The notes: generated from the sequence alone by a model not told the origin. Counted from the first letter of the stretch, positions 1-13,309 are shown. The stretch: 61,350 nt of DNA from Chiloscyllium plagiosum (GCF_004010195.1 NC_057752.1:13294007-13355356); one strand, 5' to 3'. Numbers and translations are program-made.

Positions 1-1658
1 AAGAACATGGCGTAGTTTTTCAGCTCCTGGGAAATACTGACCAACGAAGGGTACCCTGTCGGTTGCAGCACGTGTCTGTCTCCTGAGGAGGTCATTATGG
101 TTTCTCGCTGTGGCACGTCGGAATTGGCGGTCGATGAATTGAGCATCGTACCCCGTTCTTATGAGGGCATCCCTGAGTACTTCCAGGTGCCCGTCACATT
201 CCTCCACATTTGAGCAGATCCGGTGTACGCGTAGGGCTTGTCCAGAGGGGACGGCTGTTTTAATATGTTTCGAATGGAAGCTGGAGAAGTGTAGCATTGT
301 GAGGTTATCCATGGGTTTGCGGTAGAGTGTGGTGCTGAGGTGCCAGTCCTTGATGGAGATACATGTGTCCAAGAATGAGACAGATGGTAGAGAGTAGTCC
401 GTGGTGAGTTTGATGGTGGGATGAAACATGTTGATATCACTGTAGTTGTTTCTCCTTGCCATGCGTCCAGAGGAAGAAACTGTTGTCAATATGTACGGTG
501 TATAGTGTTGGTTGGTGTATAGTGTTGCGCAGAGAAGAAGTCTTGTTAAAACCTGTGCATGAAAATGGTGGCATATTGTGGGTACAAATTTCATCCCCAT
601 GGCTGTTCCATGTGTCTGGATGAAGAACTGGTTGTCAAAGGTGAAAACGTTGTGATCAAGGATAAAGCAGATGAGTTGTAGGATGGTGTTTGGAGATTGG
701 CAGTTGTTGGTGTTGAGTACTGAGGCTGTTGCCGCGATGCCATCATTGTGGGGGATGCTGAGGAATGTTCCCGGTTTGACTAGTCCGTGGGTGCTGAGTT
801 TCTGTAAGAAATCTGTAGTGTCGCGACAGAAGCTGGAGATTCCCTGTACAATAGGTTTCAAGATGCCTTCCACATAGCTGGAGAGATTCTCACACAGGGT
901 CCCATTGCCCGATACGATGGGACGTCCTGATGTGTTGGCTTTGTGTACCTTTGGAAGGCAGTAGAAGTTGCCTACGCGAGAAGTACGTGGGATGAAGGTG
1001 CGTAGGGAACTCTGAAGGACTGGATCCAAAGTCCTGATGAATGTTTTTAGTTCACTGGTGTGCTGTTTGGTCGGATCAGCCGGTAGTTGCCTGTAGTGTT
1101 CCCGGTTATTCAGTTGTCGGTACACTTCCTTGCAGTAGTCCGTTCCATTCTGAATGACAATGGCTCTTCCTTTTTCTGCTGGTTAGATGACAATGTTGCG
1201 ATTTGGTTTTGAGAGCATGGATGGCGTTGCGTTGTGATCAAGCGATATTCTGCTCTACTTTGTGGGTACAGCTGACGAATCTGGCATTTATATATTTCCT
1301 GACGGTTTGAGCATACATAGGCAAAAGTGAGGACTGCAGATGCTGGAGATCAGAGTCTAGATTAGAGTAGTGCTGGAAAAGCACAGCAGGTCAGGCAGCA
1401 TCCATGGAGTAGGAAAATCGACATTTTGGGCAAAAGCCCCTGAATGAAAGGTTTGAGCATACGTGTCAAGCCCAGGGCAACAGCCCTCCGGTGGGGTCCA
1501 AGTTGCCCCTCTACAGATCTCTTTGATGACTGACTGTGTTCCAGTTTGTCAGTGGGCTCATTGGGATCACTGCTGGCATCTTGAAAAAATTCCGAGTGTC
1601 TCATCCGTGTGATGAATTCCTCCATGTCCATAGGGTCCGTTTTGGTGGTGGCAGAATC
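1..1658 (-). mobile_element. Penelope-like element (PLE) reverse transcriptase region, degenerate, runs off window start
   Basis: Minus-strand translation gives PLE-type motifs across frameshifts: DMEEFITRM..EFF, TWTPPEG..PGLDTYAQ, QTHGTAMG (RT motif B), YIDNSFFLWTHG (degenerate YIDD motif), GQALRVHRICS...DRVPFVGQYFPGAEKLRHVL. Interrupted at 1317-1449. Confidence 0.85.
1317..1449 (-). mobile_element. Short PLE-terminal element, family A (degenerate hammerhead)
   Basis: Matches AAAGTGAGGACTGCAGATGCTGGAG... family; 13-bp TSD GGTTTGAGCATAC at 1304-1316 and 1450-1462. Confidence 0.85.
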
Positions 1659-1660
1659 CT

Positions 1661-1967
1661 AGTATCCCTACAGTGTGGAAGCAGGGATACACACCAAATC
1701 TCCGAAGAGCATCCTGCACTGACCCACCCCACCTTACCCAACCCTGCAACCCTCATGGCCAATCCATCAACCTTCACCTCCCTGAACATTATTAGTATTT
1801 AGCATAGCTAATCCAACTTAACCTGCACATCTTTGGACTGTGGGAGGAAACCAGAGCACCCAGACACAGGGAGAATGTGCAAACTCCACACAGACAGTCA
1901 ACAGAGGGTGGAATCGGACCCGGGTCCCTGGCGCCGTGAGGCAGTAGTGCTAACCACTGAGCCACCG
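1661..1967 (-). mobile_element. HE1-type tRNA-derived SINE
   Basis: tRNA-like head (GGTGGCTCAGTGGTTAGCACT...GGGTCCGATTCC on minus), HE1 body, CR1-like tail. Confidence 0.9.
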
Positions 1968-2319
1968 TTTTGAAAAGTCGGTTTTTGTTGATGTTTGTCC
2001 TGAGCAGCCCCATGATGCAGAATTCTGGGCTTCTAGAGACACACACACGCGCACACACACACCAGGACAAACACCAACTGAAGGACCGTGAAACACACTT
2101 CTTGTTCGATATGAAACTTGTCAGTCTTCCAAAGCAAGGAGCTGTACACTAGAGCATGCAGATCAGCAGACTCTAAATACAAGGTTCTATACTGAGGGAG
2201 CTCAATGAGAAAAGACCGCAATCGAGGACCCTCCAACCATGGTGTACTGAGGGACTTCCAGCCACCAAAAATGCCCCTGGGCAATATGAATATGGAATGT
2301 ATTTAATGTAATGGAAATT

Positions 2320-2735
2320 CTTACATGCAGCCTGTACTGTAAGTGGAATGTGGCACCCTGGAGTGCCATGTAAATCTAGGATGCGGGTGCAAAACTAATG
2401 AAGGAAGGTGAGTGGGATTTTGGCCTTGATCCAAGTGGATTTGAGTACAGGAGGAAAGCTCTGAGAAAGTGAGGACTGCAGATGTTGGAGATCAGAGTTG
2501 AAGAGTGTGGTGCTGGAAAAGCACAGCCGGTCAGGCAGCATCCGAGGGGCAGGAGAATCGACGTTTCAGGCATAAGCCAAAGCTGCCTTGCTGAAATCGT
2601 ATCGAACTTTGGTGAGACTGCACCTGGAGTTTGTGTACAGTTTTGGTTTCCTCATCAAAACTGAGTTTGATGGATTTTTGGAAACTAGTGACTTCAAAGG
2701 ATAAAGAAATATCAAGGTAAAATGGATTTGAGGTT
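2320..2735 (+). mobile_element. Old CR1 ORF2 3' fragment
   Basis: EYRRKA.LLKSYRTLVRLHLEFCVQFW motif after removing the 2461-2578 insertion. Confidence 0.7.
2461..2578 (-). mobile_element. Short PLE-terminal element, family A (truncated within HHR stem II)
   Basis: Family A sequence; flanked by AAAGCT at 2455-2460 and 2579-2584. Confidence 0.85.
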
Positions 2736-3029
2736 AGCTTCCTTACAGTGTGGAAACAGGCTCTTCAGCCCAACATGTACACACCAAATGCTTTGAAGAG
2801 CAACCTACCCAGACCCATTCACCCCTGACTAATGTACCTAACACTATGGGCAATTTAGCATCACCAATTCACCCACCCTGCACATCTTTGGGTTGTGGAA
2901 GGAAACCCACGCAGATATGGGGAGAATGTGCAAACTCCACACAGACAGACAGTCACCCAAGGTGGGAAGTGAACCCAGATCCTGGTGCTGTGAGGCAGCA
3001 GTGCTAACCGCTGAGCTACCGTGCCACCC
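2734..3029 (-). mobile_element. HE1-type SINE
   Basis: Same head/body/tail as other copies. Confidence 0.9.
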
Positions 3030-3899
3030 AAATGGTAAAACAGTTTCAAAATACCAAACAGTCCAACCCTACTCCTATTTCCTGTGTTCATAAATAGTAC
3101 TTTGCTTGGCTTAACGGTCATTTAAAATTTGACTAGACCTCTGTGGAGTATCTTGGGACGGTTTCAACAGTAAAGGTACTATATCAATGTAATTTTTGTT
3201 TGTGCAAAAGATGAACCCAGAGCATGTGAGCCTTGCTGTTTTTGCCCTGTCTCCAATTTCCCTTGAGAAGGTGATGGTGAGCTGCCTTGTTAAAGCACTG
3301 CAGGCCATTTGATGTCGAGGCACACACACAACACCATTAGGGACGGAATTCAAGGATTTTGACCCAGCGACTCTGAAATGTAGACCATGTTTGAGTTCTC
3401 TTTCTGGCTCAGCGAGTAAAAGCACAGCCTGGTGATCCACAAAACGACATCATTCATCAGCTTCTGTTTGAGCCGAAGGAGAGCTAGCAGCCCTCAGCTG
3501 AATTGTCAGAGAACCGAAGATATCATGCGGTGTTTCTTTGACCACCTCCCACCCCTGCCGTTGAACGCAAAGTGATCAATTATTCCTGAGAATGAGAGTC
3601 TGTGTTGAGCATGTTGAAAGGGTTAATACTGATTGAGTGCCATAAGCACCAGCCACTGTCATGACAATGGGAGAGGAGGATAGCTGAAGATCTTGAAAGT
3701 GTCAAACCTAAGACCAATTCCTCCTAAATACCGTAAGCCATATCCGTGTAACCTGTAAACAGTGATAAAGGTGAGTAAACTATATCCCAGTTACTACACA
3801 AGGCTCTTCTATTTAGACCAGAGAATGGCTATCCTCATCCAGACTAGACCACGTGGCCTGTAGAGAAACATTCCTAAAAGGTACAGCTGCTGGTACGTA

Positions 3900-4190
3900 C
3901 AACGTGGGCACCGTGTTCTCGACTCCACAGCCAGGGGGCACCACCTCTCAGTACGGACCCTGTCAAAACCCTTTGGAATCGAGTCTGTCTCAATAAGATT
4001 TCTGCTCAACTCCAAAGACCATCAACCCAGTTTACTCAGATTCTCATCATCGGATAACCCTGTTATCTTGAGGAGCAATCGCGTGAACCTTCGCTGCCCC
4101 ACCTCCGAGTGCCACATTCTCAAAATATGGACACTAAAACTGCACACTGGAATCCAGATGTGGGAGACTTGCGCCAAAAAAAAGAAAACG
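3900..4190 (-). mobile_element. Old CR1 3' fragment
   Basis: Degenerate QRRFTRLL..GLS..E.LSKLG / KGFDRV..ER..PL..ESRTR motifs. Confidence 0.65.
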
Positions 4191-4212
4191 TAGGATCTCT
4201 TTCTTTCTAACA

Positions 4213-4517
4213 AGATTAGATTCCCTACAGTGTGGAGACAGGCCCTTTGGCCCAATCAGTCCACACTGACCCTCCGAAGAGTAACCCACCCAGACCCATT
4301 TCCCTCTGATTAATGCACCTAGCACTATGGGCAATGTAGCATGGCCAATTCACCAAACCTGCACATCTTTGGACTGTGGGAAGAAACCGGAGCAAACCCA
4401 CACAGACACGAGGAGAATGTGCAAACTCCACACAGACAGTCACCCAAGGCTAGAACTGAACCTGGGACCCTGGTGCTGTGAAGCAGTAGTGCTAACCACT
4501 GAGCCACCATGCCACCC
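4213..4517 (-). mobile_element. HE1-type SINE, near full length
   Basis: tRNA head at 4517 end, (AATCT)n tail at 4213. Confidence 0.92.
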
Positions 4518-4944
4518 ATTGGTGGCAGAGTAGTGACACTGTATTTGAGCTCCTTGCCCGGGTCTTCTGTTTTCTCTGCTTTCTTCCTTTTCTTTGCTCC
4601 TTTTTGTTTCTCTTTAAAAGCTGTTCTTGGCATCGACCACAGGGCGAGAATGGGCCCAGCCTCCTGAGTAGCAGTAGCAACAGAGCCGGCTCCTCCTGGT
4701 GACTGGTGGAGCATGTGCCAGGAAGATACTCACCAAAGCTCCAGGGACAGGGCTAAGCTCAAAGCAATAAGAGTTCATGAGCTGGACTTTCCCCCTTTTA
4801 TGGCTCTGTCCTTTTGTTTTCTTGTCTTTTTTAAAAAAAAAAATTCCGGCTTTGTATTTCAAGATGGTGCTGAGGAATTTGTATGCTTTCCAATGTATCC
4901 TTGTATTCCTTGAGTACACGTGACAATCCGATTGAATTCTAATT

Positions 4945-5032
4945 CCCTCCGCAGAGGCTGCCAGACTTGCTGAGTTTCTCCAGCATTCTCTGGCTTTATT
5001 TCCGATTTTCAGCATCCGCAGAATTTTGCAGT
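4945..5032 (+). mobile_element. Diverged relative of PLE terminal family A (no intact HHR)
   Basis: GCTGCCAGACTTGCTGAGTTTCTCCAGCA...TTTCAGCATCCGCAG resembles GCTGCCTGACCTGCTGTGCTTTTCCAGCA...TCCAGCATCTGCAG. Confidence 0.55.
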
Positions 5033-5651
5033 TCTGGGTAAAAGCAAGTCCTTGATGTCGGTTGTTCCTGGCGGAGAGTAACTGATTCAATCGCCTATCC
5101 ATTTGTTTCCGTGGATCTTCCCCTGTCCCCAGCATCCTGACATCTTCTCCTCCCCCTGTTCCCCCGAGCTCCCAGCTCCTTAGCTGACCGCCAGCCTGGA
5201 GTTGTTACACTTCACCAAAATGCAGCCAGCTGCCTTCACCATCTGTTTAAGGAGGTACACGCTCGCAGGCTTGTCTCGTCCATTCAGGCTAATGAAAATG
5301 TTATGCTCTGTCTAGTCAAGCAACAGCCTTTGTCCGATCGTTAAATGCTCTCCCTCTCCCAGCATCCCCTCAAATTGTGCCCTTAAGAAGACAAGATTGG
5401 CTTCTCCAGCCTTCATTGACGAAACCATATCCAGGGAGTGAGGGGGCGGAGGGGTGAGGTGGTTCATCGTGGTGAGCAATATTAATTTGGTTTAGATGCA
5501 ATGCTGGGTCCTGAATATGTTTTGAAACTGGGAAAATGCAGTCACATTGTAATGTTTGCTGTTTTTATTCTGAGGAGGATTTGTGTTTGTAAAACTAAAC
5601 AATGGCCTTCCCTTACCAATAACGACTTGCATTTATCAGGCATGGTTAACA

Positions 5652-5936
5652 TAATAGAATTCCAACCATGTGTAAGAAGGAGGCCATTTGGCCCATCAAG
5701 TCCACACTAATCCTCTGAAGAGCACCACCTCCCCCTTCAAATCCTATATTTCCTATGGCTAACCCACCCAACGACATTATGGGCAATTTAGCATTGGCAA
5801 TCTACTTAACCTGCACATCTTTGGACTGTGGGAGGAAACCCATGCAGACACCGTGCAGTCACCTGAGGCTGGAATTGAACCCAAGTCCCTGACGTTGTGA
5901 GGTAGCAGTGCCAACCACTAAGCCATCGTGTTGCCA
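5652..5936 (-). mobile_element. HE1-type SINE, diverged
   Basis: HE1 body CTGCACATCTTTGGACTGTGGGAGGAAACC and tRNA head. Confidence 0.85.
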
Positions 5937-6060
5937 AATACTTAGCCAATATAATTTGACACTGAACCACCTAGGGAGATATTAGGACTGGTGACCAAAC
6001 ATTTGAGATGGAGAGCCTTTACGGAGGCCACTTCAGAGCTTAATGCTGGGACAACCAATC

Positions 6061-6300
6061 GGGCAGGTCAGTGGTTAGCACTGCTGCCTCACAGCGCCAG
6101 GGACCCGGGTTCGTGTCTGTGTGGGTTTCCTCCAGGTGCTCTGGTTTCCTCCCACAGTCCAAAGCTGTGCAGGTTAGGGTGGATTAGCCCAAGGGAAATG
6201 CAGAGATAGGGTCAGGGGATGGGCTGCTTGGGGTGCTCTTTGGAGGCTCAGTATGGACTTGATGGACCAAATGGTCTGCTTCCACACTGGAGGGATTCTG
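6061..6300 (+). mobile_element. HE1-type SINE, internally deleted
   Basis: CAGTGGTTAGCACTGCTGCCTCACAGCGCCAGGGACCCGGGTTCG head. Confidence 0.85.
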
Positions 6301-6499
6301 TGAATTGGTTGTCAGTGGCAGAATGATTAAAATTGGGGGGTGCTCAAGAGGCCAGAATGAGAGGGATTCAGAGATCTGAGTGTTGTGGGATTAGAGGTTC
6401 GAGAGAGAGGGAGAAGTGAGATCAAAGTTTGCAGAGGGGTTTGAAAAAAAGGATGAGAATTTTAAAATTGAGCCGTGGTTGAGGTAGATCTGGGTGCAT

Positions 6500-7780
6500 A
6501 TTTACTGCAGACAATAAGAGGTGGTGATGGAGGGAGGTAACATATTTGTATGAACAGAGGATTGGTCAGCTAAAAGGACAAAGCACAAATTGGTCATTCT
6601 TAGGTTGGCAAGATGTTCCAAGTGAAGAGCCACAGAAAGCAGCGCTGGGACATAACTTGTTGCAAACTATATCAGTGACCTGGATAAAGGGACCAGATAT
6701 ATGGTTGCTCATGTTGCTAATTACTTGGATAGTTAGGGAAGTTAATCTTGAAGGGGATGCAAGAGTCTGCAAAGGAATATTGATGGGTTAAGTGAGTGGG
6801 CAAAAATCTGGCAAATCGAGTAATAAGGTCGGTGTGGACTTGTTGGGCCGAAGGACCTGTTTCCACACTGTAAGTAATCTAATCTACCCACTTTGATAGG
6901 AAGGATAGAAAAACAGCTCATTTATAAATGGAGAGAGGTTGCAGAACTCTGAGATCCCGAGGGATCTAGGTGTCCTGGTAAGTGAATCACAAAGTTAGTT
7001 TCTTGGTCCAGCAAGTGATTCGAAAGCAAACGTGATGTCATTTATGGCGAGAATATAGAAAGCGTTGATGATTGGCTGTAGATGTACAAAATATTGTTGA
7101 GACTACCTTGGAGTACTGGTCTCCCTGGATAAGAAAGGACAGGAGAAAGGATAGATTGAAGAGGTTGGGAGAGAAGAAGGCTAAGGGAAGATCTGAGAGA
7201 GGTTTTTGATATTATGAGGGGGCTGGATGAAGTAGTTAGGGAGAAGCTACTCCTTCCCGTAAAAAGGACAAGAACAAGAGGCACAGGTTTCAAGTGATTT
7301 GCATAAGAAGTAAATGCATGGTCAGAAAACAACTTTTTCATCCAGTCGTTAGGGGCTGGAATGCGCTGACAGGAAGTACAATGAAGGGAGGTTCAACTGA
7401 CGGATTCAAGAGGGCATTGGATGGTTACTTAGATCGAGAGAATGTGTCAGGTATGGAGAGAAAGCAGGAGTTTGGTACTAGGTAATAGTGCTGGTTTGAA
7501 GAGCCAGCGCAGAGACGATGGGCCAAAAGGCCTCTTTCTGTGTGGTAACAATTCCGTGATCCAGTAATTGCACTGGAAGCAGTTCACCCGACTGATTCCT
7601 GGGATGGGTGAGGCTATTATTGAGGAAAAGATGGACAGCTGTGTCTACCTATTGGAGTTTCGAAGATTGAAAGGCGAGCTTATTGAAAGGTAGAGCCAGA
7701 ATAATGCCGAAAGGATGTTTCTTCTTGTGTGAGAGACTAGAACTAGGCAACACAGTTTAAAAATCAGGGCTTAAACATGA
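6500..7780 (+). mobile_element. Old CR1 ORF2/3'UTR fragments with an inserted HE1 tail (about 6826-6886)
   Basis: Degenerate RT C-terminal motifs (RDLGVLV, RRLREDL.EVF.IMRGLD, FKRALDGYL). Confidence 0.75.
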
Positions 7781-8234
7781 AAAGCCAGTTCATCCAGTGC
7801 AATATATATGGCGGCCAGGTTATTATGCACATTGACTATATGAGACAGTGGCGTCATGTGCCTCTTCCACTTTTTTAGGGCAACATTTTAGCATCTACCT
7901 GTCAAGCCCACTTGGATCAAAGGATCTGAAATCAAAGGCATTTTTGTGTTTCAATGAGACCCTCTCTCATTCTTCTAAACTCCAGCAAATATAAGCCTGT
8001 TTGACTCAATCACTCCTTACAGGATAACCCCATCAATCTGTTTTATGTTTCCCTGCTGTTTTGCAATTGCATCCAGGTCAGGATTTCTCACCTTCAAACC
8101 CTGCAGGTAGCTCTATGACAAAGCACCTTTGCAATGTGCTCCCTTACGGTGATTTTCTTTCACCCAATATATAGCCTGGCTGCCCTTTCCCAGAGAGCTG
8201 AACGGCTGAAGAGCCATCAGATAGTCACAAGTCA

Positions 8235-8800
8235 GTTATACAGTCATACAGCACAGAAAAAGACCCTTTGGCCCACCCAGTCCACGCCGACCATAATCCC
8301 CAAACTAAACTAGTCCCACCTGCCTGCTCCTGGTCTATATCCCTCCAAACATTTCTTATTCATGTCCTTATCCAAATGTCTTTTAAACATTGTAACTGTA
8401 CCCATATCTACCACTTCCTCAGGAAGTTCATCCCAACTCTGTATAAAAGAGTTGCCCCTCATGTCCTTTTTAAATCTTTCTCCTCTCACCTTAAAAATGT
8501 GTCCCTTAGTCTCAAAATCCAACCCCCAGGGAAAAGACACCTGCTATTCACCCTATCCACGCCCCTCATGATTTTATAAACCTCAAGGTCGCCCCTCAAC
8601 CTTCTACGCTCCAGTGAAAAACGTCCCAGCCAATCCAGCCTCTCCCCTTAACCCAAGCCCTCCAATCCCGGCAACATCCTGGTAAATCTCTTCTGAACCC
8701 TCTCCAGCTTAATAATATCCTTCCTGTAACAGGGAGAGCAGAACTGGGCACAGTCCTCCAGATGAGACCTCACCAATGTCCTGTACAACCTCAACATAAT
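8235..8800 (-). mobile_element. CR1 LINE 3' end
   Basis: MLRLYRTLVRSHLE...LERVQKRFTRMLPGL; CR1 tail. Confidence 0.9.
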
Positions 8801-8899
8801 TTCAATCAGCAATACAGGATAATTGTCTTTGACCAAAGAATTAGAGTTGTTCAGTATGATGTAGATAAATGGAAGCCAGATATGCAATGAAAGATGATC

Positions 8900-9235
8900 A
8901 CCTTTTACACCCTCAAGATATTGCAAAGTGTGTAGCAAGCAATTCAATACTGTTGAAGTGTACTCTCTTTTGTAATGTCGAAACACAACGACCGATTTCT
9001 ACACAGCAAGGTTCCATAAACAGCAAGGTGATAATAACCGGATAGCTTGGGTTTAGCAGTGGAGCTTGAGAGATGAACATTGGCTGGGGGAGATCTCCAC
9101 TGGTCATCTTAGAAATAATGCCATCCACAGCTCTCACCTACATCTGCCTGAAAGGGCGGACACGCCCTCAGATTAACATTGATTGATGTTGATACGGTGA
9201 GATGAAGCTCATGCGGAGAGCACTGTTTGTTGCGC
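8900..9235 (-). mobile_element. DeuSINE/SacSINE1-like ancient SINE relic
   Basis: Reverse complement resembles the copy at 16925-17975 (GATGGCATTATTT..AAGA, GCTGTGT..AAAT.GGT.GTTGTGTTTC). Family assignment from memory of the consensus. Confidence 0.55.
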
Positions 9236-9419
9236 TGTAGGGTTTGAGGTGATTCATGGCCTTCGTGGAGCTGTCTGCCTTGCATTAGAATCTGATCCAT
9301 CATTACCTCTTGCATCTAGTTTTCTACTGGTACATGGAGCCACTTCATAGAATCCCTTCAGTGTGAGAGCAGGCCATTCAGCCCATTGAGTCCAAACCAA
9401 CAATCAACCTAATGTAAAC

Positions 9420-9965
9420 CAATTCTTTTCCCACTGGCGGGTGAGTTCAAAACTAGAGGGGGCGGGGGGCATAGGTTTAAGGTGAGAAGGAAAAGATTTA
9501 AAACGGATCTGACTTTTTCACACAGAGGGTAGTGCGTGTGTGAACTGCCAGAGGAAGTGGTGAATGGGAGTACAGCTACAACATTTAAAAGACATTTGGA
9601 GAAGTACATGAATAGGAAAGGTTTGGAGGGATATGAACCAAACACAGGCAGGTGGGACTAGTTTAGATTATCTACAGTATGGAAACAGGCCCATCGGCCC
9701 ACATCGACCCTCCAAAGAGTAACCCACCCAGACCCATTCCCCCTGAATGATGCACCAATTTTGGATTGTGGGAGGAAACCGGAGCACTTGGAGGAAACCC
9801 ACGCAGACACAGGGAAAACATACAAACTCCACACACACCGTCATCTGAGGTGGGGATTGAACCTAGGTCCCTGCTGCTGTAAGACAGCAGGGCTAACCAC
9901 TGAGCCACCATACTGCCCAGGCATTTAGTTTGGGGAAACCTGGTTGGTGTGGATGAATTAGACCG
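9420..9965 (+). mobile_element. CR1 3' end interrupted by minus-strand HE1 SINE (9664-9918)
   Basis: CR1 tail resumes TTTAGTTTGGGGAAACCTGGTTGG after the SINE. Confidence 0.85.
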
Positions 9966-10139
9966 GAGATCTCCTTTAGTCCCAAAACTGCTGAGATCTT
10001 TGCACTCCCCTAATTCTGGCCTGAGTGTTGCTAGAGAAAGAGACATTCCACTGAAGGTTTGCATCTTGCACTCGTGAGAACAGACACAAGGGAATAACAA
10101 TTTATACTGTATGAGGAAAGGATGCTGATTGGTTGACAC

Positions 10140-11138
10140 GTCATAAAGATGTACAGCACAGAAACAGACCCTTTGGTCCAACTCGTCCATGCCAACCAGG
10201 TATCCTAAATTAGTCCAATCCGATTTCCCTGCACTTGGTCCGTATCCCTCTAACCCTTTCCTATTGATATACCGTTCCTTTTAAATGTTGTAATTGTACC
10301 AGCCTCCACCACCTCCTCTGGCAGCTCATTCCATTCCCTCTGTGTGAAGAAGTTGCCCCTTAGGTCCATTTTAAATCTTTCCCGTCTCACCCTAAACTTA
10401 TGCCCTCTCATCTGGACTCTCCCACCCCAGGGAAAAGATCTTGTCTACTTACCCTCATGCCCCTCATGATTTTATAAACCTCTGTAAGGTCACCCCTCAG
10501 CCTCCGACGCTCCAGGGAAAACAGCCCCAGCCTGTTCAGCCTCTCCCTGTAGCTCAAACCCTCCAATCCTGGCAACATCCTTGTAAATCTTTTCTGCACC
10601 CTTTCAAGTTTCACAACATCCTTCCTATAGCAAGGAGACCAGAACTGAACTCCGTATTCCAAATGTGGCCTAACCAATGCCCTATACAGCCGCAACATGA
10701 CCTCCCAACTCCTGTACTCAATACTCTGACCAATTAAGGAAAGCATACCAAATACCTTCTTCATTTTCCTATCTACCTGCGACTCCACTTTTAAGGAACT
10801 ATGAACCTGCACTCCAAGGTCTCTTTGTTGAGCAACATTCCCTAGGACCTTACCTTTAAGTGTATAAGTCCTGCTAAGATTTGCTTTCCAAAAATGCAGT
10901 ACCTCGCATTTATCTGAATTAAACTCCATCTGCCATTTCTCAGCCCATTGGCCCATCTGATCCAGATCCTGTGGTAATCTGAGGTAACCTTCTTCGCTGT
11001 CCACTACACCTCCAATTTTGGTGTAATCTATAAACTTACTAACTTCTATGTTCACATCCGAACTATTTATATAAATAATGAAAAGCAGTGGATCCAACAC
11101 CGATCTTTGTGGCACACTGCTGGTCACAGGCCTCCAGT
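10140..11138 (-). mobile_element. CR1 LINE, 5'-truncated (RT C-terminal half and 3'UTR)
   Basis: ORF 10408-11127: VPQRSVLDPLLF, degenerate FADDTK, WQMEFNSDKC, YRALVRPHLEY. Confidence 0.95.
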
Positions 11139-11419
11139 CAGATCTGATTGCTCAAGGTGTTACCATGGGAAATGATTATCCCCTATACTTTTAACTTTGG
11201 TAGGGTGCAAAGCATGGATGTATTCCTTTCTCCTCCGAAAGATAATTGCCCACATCTGAATATATTTACTTTCTAACAATTGTAAGTGCAACTGATGACC
11301 TTAGATTGGTGCATTACCAAGCAATAGTGTGGCTTTTGAATATCCCCCATTTTAATGGCTACACCAAGCCTTCATCTGACCAGGCCCTACACTCTGGATT
11401 TCCCTCTCTATCTTTCTCA

Positions 11420-11942
11420 TCATAGAATCCCTGCAGTGTGGAAACAGGCCATTTGGCTCAACAAGTCCCCATTGACCCTCTGTAGAGCGTCACACCCACA
11501 CCCATTCCCCTACTCTATTACTCTACTTTTCCCTTGACTAATGCACCTAACCTGCACATCCCTGAACACTGTGGGCAATTTAGCATGGCCAATCCATCCT
11601 AACCTACACATCCTTGAATACTATGGGACAATTTAGTACAGCCAATTCACCCAAACCTGCACACCTTTGGACTGTGGGAGGAAACCAGAGCACCCAGGGG
11701 CAATTTAGCATGGCCAATCCATCCTAACCTACACATCCTTTGAATACTATGGGACAATTTAGTACAGCCAATTCACCCAAACCTGCACACCTTTGGACTG
11801 TGGGAGGAAACCAGAGCACCCAGAGGAAACCCACGCAGGCACAGGGAGAACGTGCAAACTCCACACAGACAGTCCCCGAGGTTGGAATTGAACCCGGGTC
11901 CCTGGTGCTGTGAGGCAGCAGTGTTAACCATTGAGCCACCGT
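11420..11942 (-). mobile_element. HE1-type SINE with internal tandem duplication
   Basis: About 125-bp segment repeated (about 11573-11697 and 11698-11822). Confidence 0.9.
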
Positions 11943-13309
11943 GTTAAAGCTCTGCCTCGCTGACTAATTTTCAGTTGTCTAATCTTCTTCCTTACACGAC
12001 TTAGTTTCAAACATTCTGAATGAAAATTCTGATAACTCTTCTGTGGTCGACTTCAAGGGGGTCTGGCACTGTGGAGGCACCTGATGTCTTTTTGCTGTAG
12101 TTCAGGTAGGGTCACTCATGATAATGTTAGAGCTTGGAGAAGGATACAACAGAGTTTCATTCTTTCACGTACATTGACAGGATTGAACAAGTTTGACTGA
12201 AGGTCAAGCAAGCTGTCAATCCAAAGCCTTCTGCCGCATCTCTATTTAACAGCACGTTGCATAATAATTCTTGTTCTCACATGAATCAGTCACATCCCCT
12301 GTTTTATTCAGAATAGTGCACAGGTGTTCAGCTAAAGGCATTGGTCATGCACTGTGCCAGCTGAAGTGGAAATATGAAGAAGAATAGGAATTTATTGCTT
12401 TCAGAACCCAAGGCACTCGTTTAATTTGTGTCGGCAAGTGCAGGCTGGACCTCAGACATTGAACAACTTCTGAAGTCTGATCAGGAGCTTTTTTGATCAA
12501 AGGACCTTCATGTGAGATAACATTAGACTAGAACCACAGCCATCTTTAATTGTCGACATCAATACTTCACTTCAACAGCCTCCTGACACGCCAACTGAAA
12601 AGCAGACCTGGAGAAAAGCTTTTTCTGATATAAAAGGAGCGTCAGAATATTTAAAATGGGTAATCTTCCCTGATTACCTCAAGGCATTTTGAGAGCTTTG
12701 AACTCCCGTGTGTACATTTACTTGTGATGTCTTCAGCGCAGTTAAATTCATCTCCACTTTTGATCAAACTTGCAGGCAATATGAAGTTTGTTTCTGAGCA
12801 CCGTGCAGTGATGAAACAAAAAGCATACCTCAGTCCATGTTCCTTCTTCACAAACACCTTGATCCCTGTTCTTGGTGCATTATCAGTGCTCTGCCCCACT
12901 TCATTGGTCCGCCCCACCAGCTGCTAGAGCCATGTCAGTCCTCAAGGGGTCGTTGAAGAGTTGTATACAGTCAAGTGTCGTTGACTCGACATCGTAGCTC
13001 AGCCCCACTCAGTGCAGGCTGGAAAGAGTGAGATGAGAGAAGCGGTCTGAGGAATGTCGTGAGATGGTGAAACCTACCTGCGAGGATGAGTTGAATCCGA
13101 AAACCATGTGTAACTCTGCCATTCCTCCATCATCCCTGTGCTCATTGACCTTTATTGGAGAAAACTGCACCACACTGGCTGAAAACTCCTTCATTTTAAA
13201 ATTCCTGATCTCTTTGGTTTCAACATCTCTTATCCCTCCCTACGTCTGTAATTGGCTTCAGCAGCTCAAATCTCTGAGAGCTCTTCACTGGAATTATGGA
13301 GTTTATTTT

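Noticed and set aside
1034..1040. CTGATGA heptamer as another hammerhead (also near 51237)
   Set aside because: No helix II followed by GAAA.
4325..5135. 129-aa and 173-aa minus-strand ORFs
   Set aside because: Read-through of SINE, pyrimidine-rich retroposon-like 3' sequence and a PLE relic; no domain.
12651..13194. Short ORFs and a possible minus-strand 72-bp exon (13078-13149) in unique DNA
   Set aside because: No recognisable protein, weak AAG acceptor, and opposite strand to the other candidate exons.
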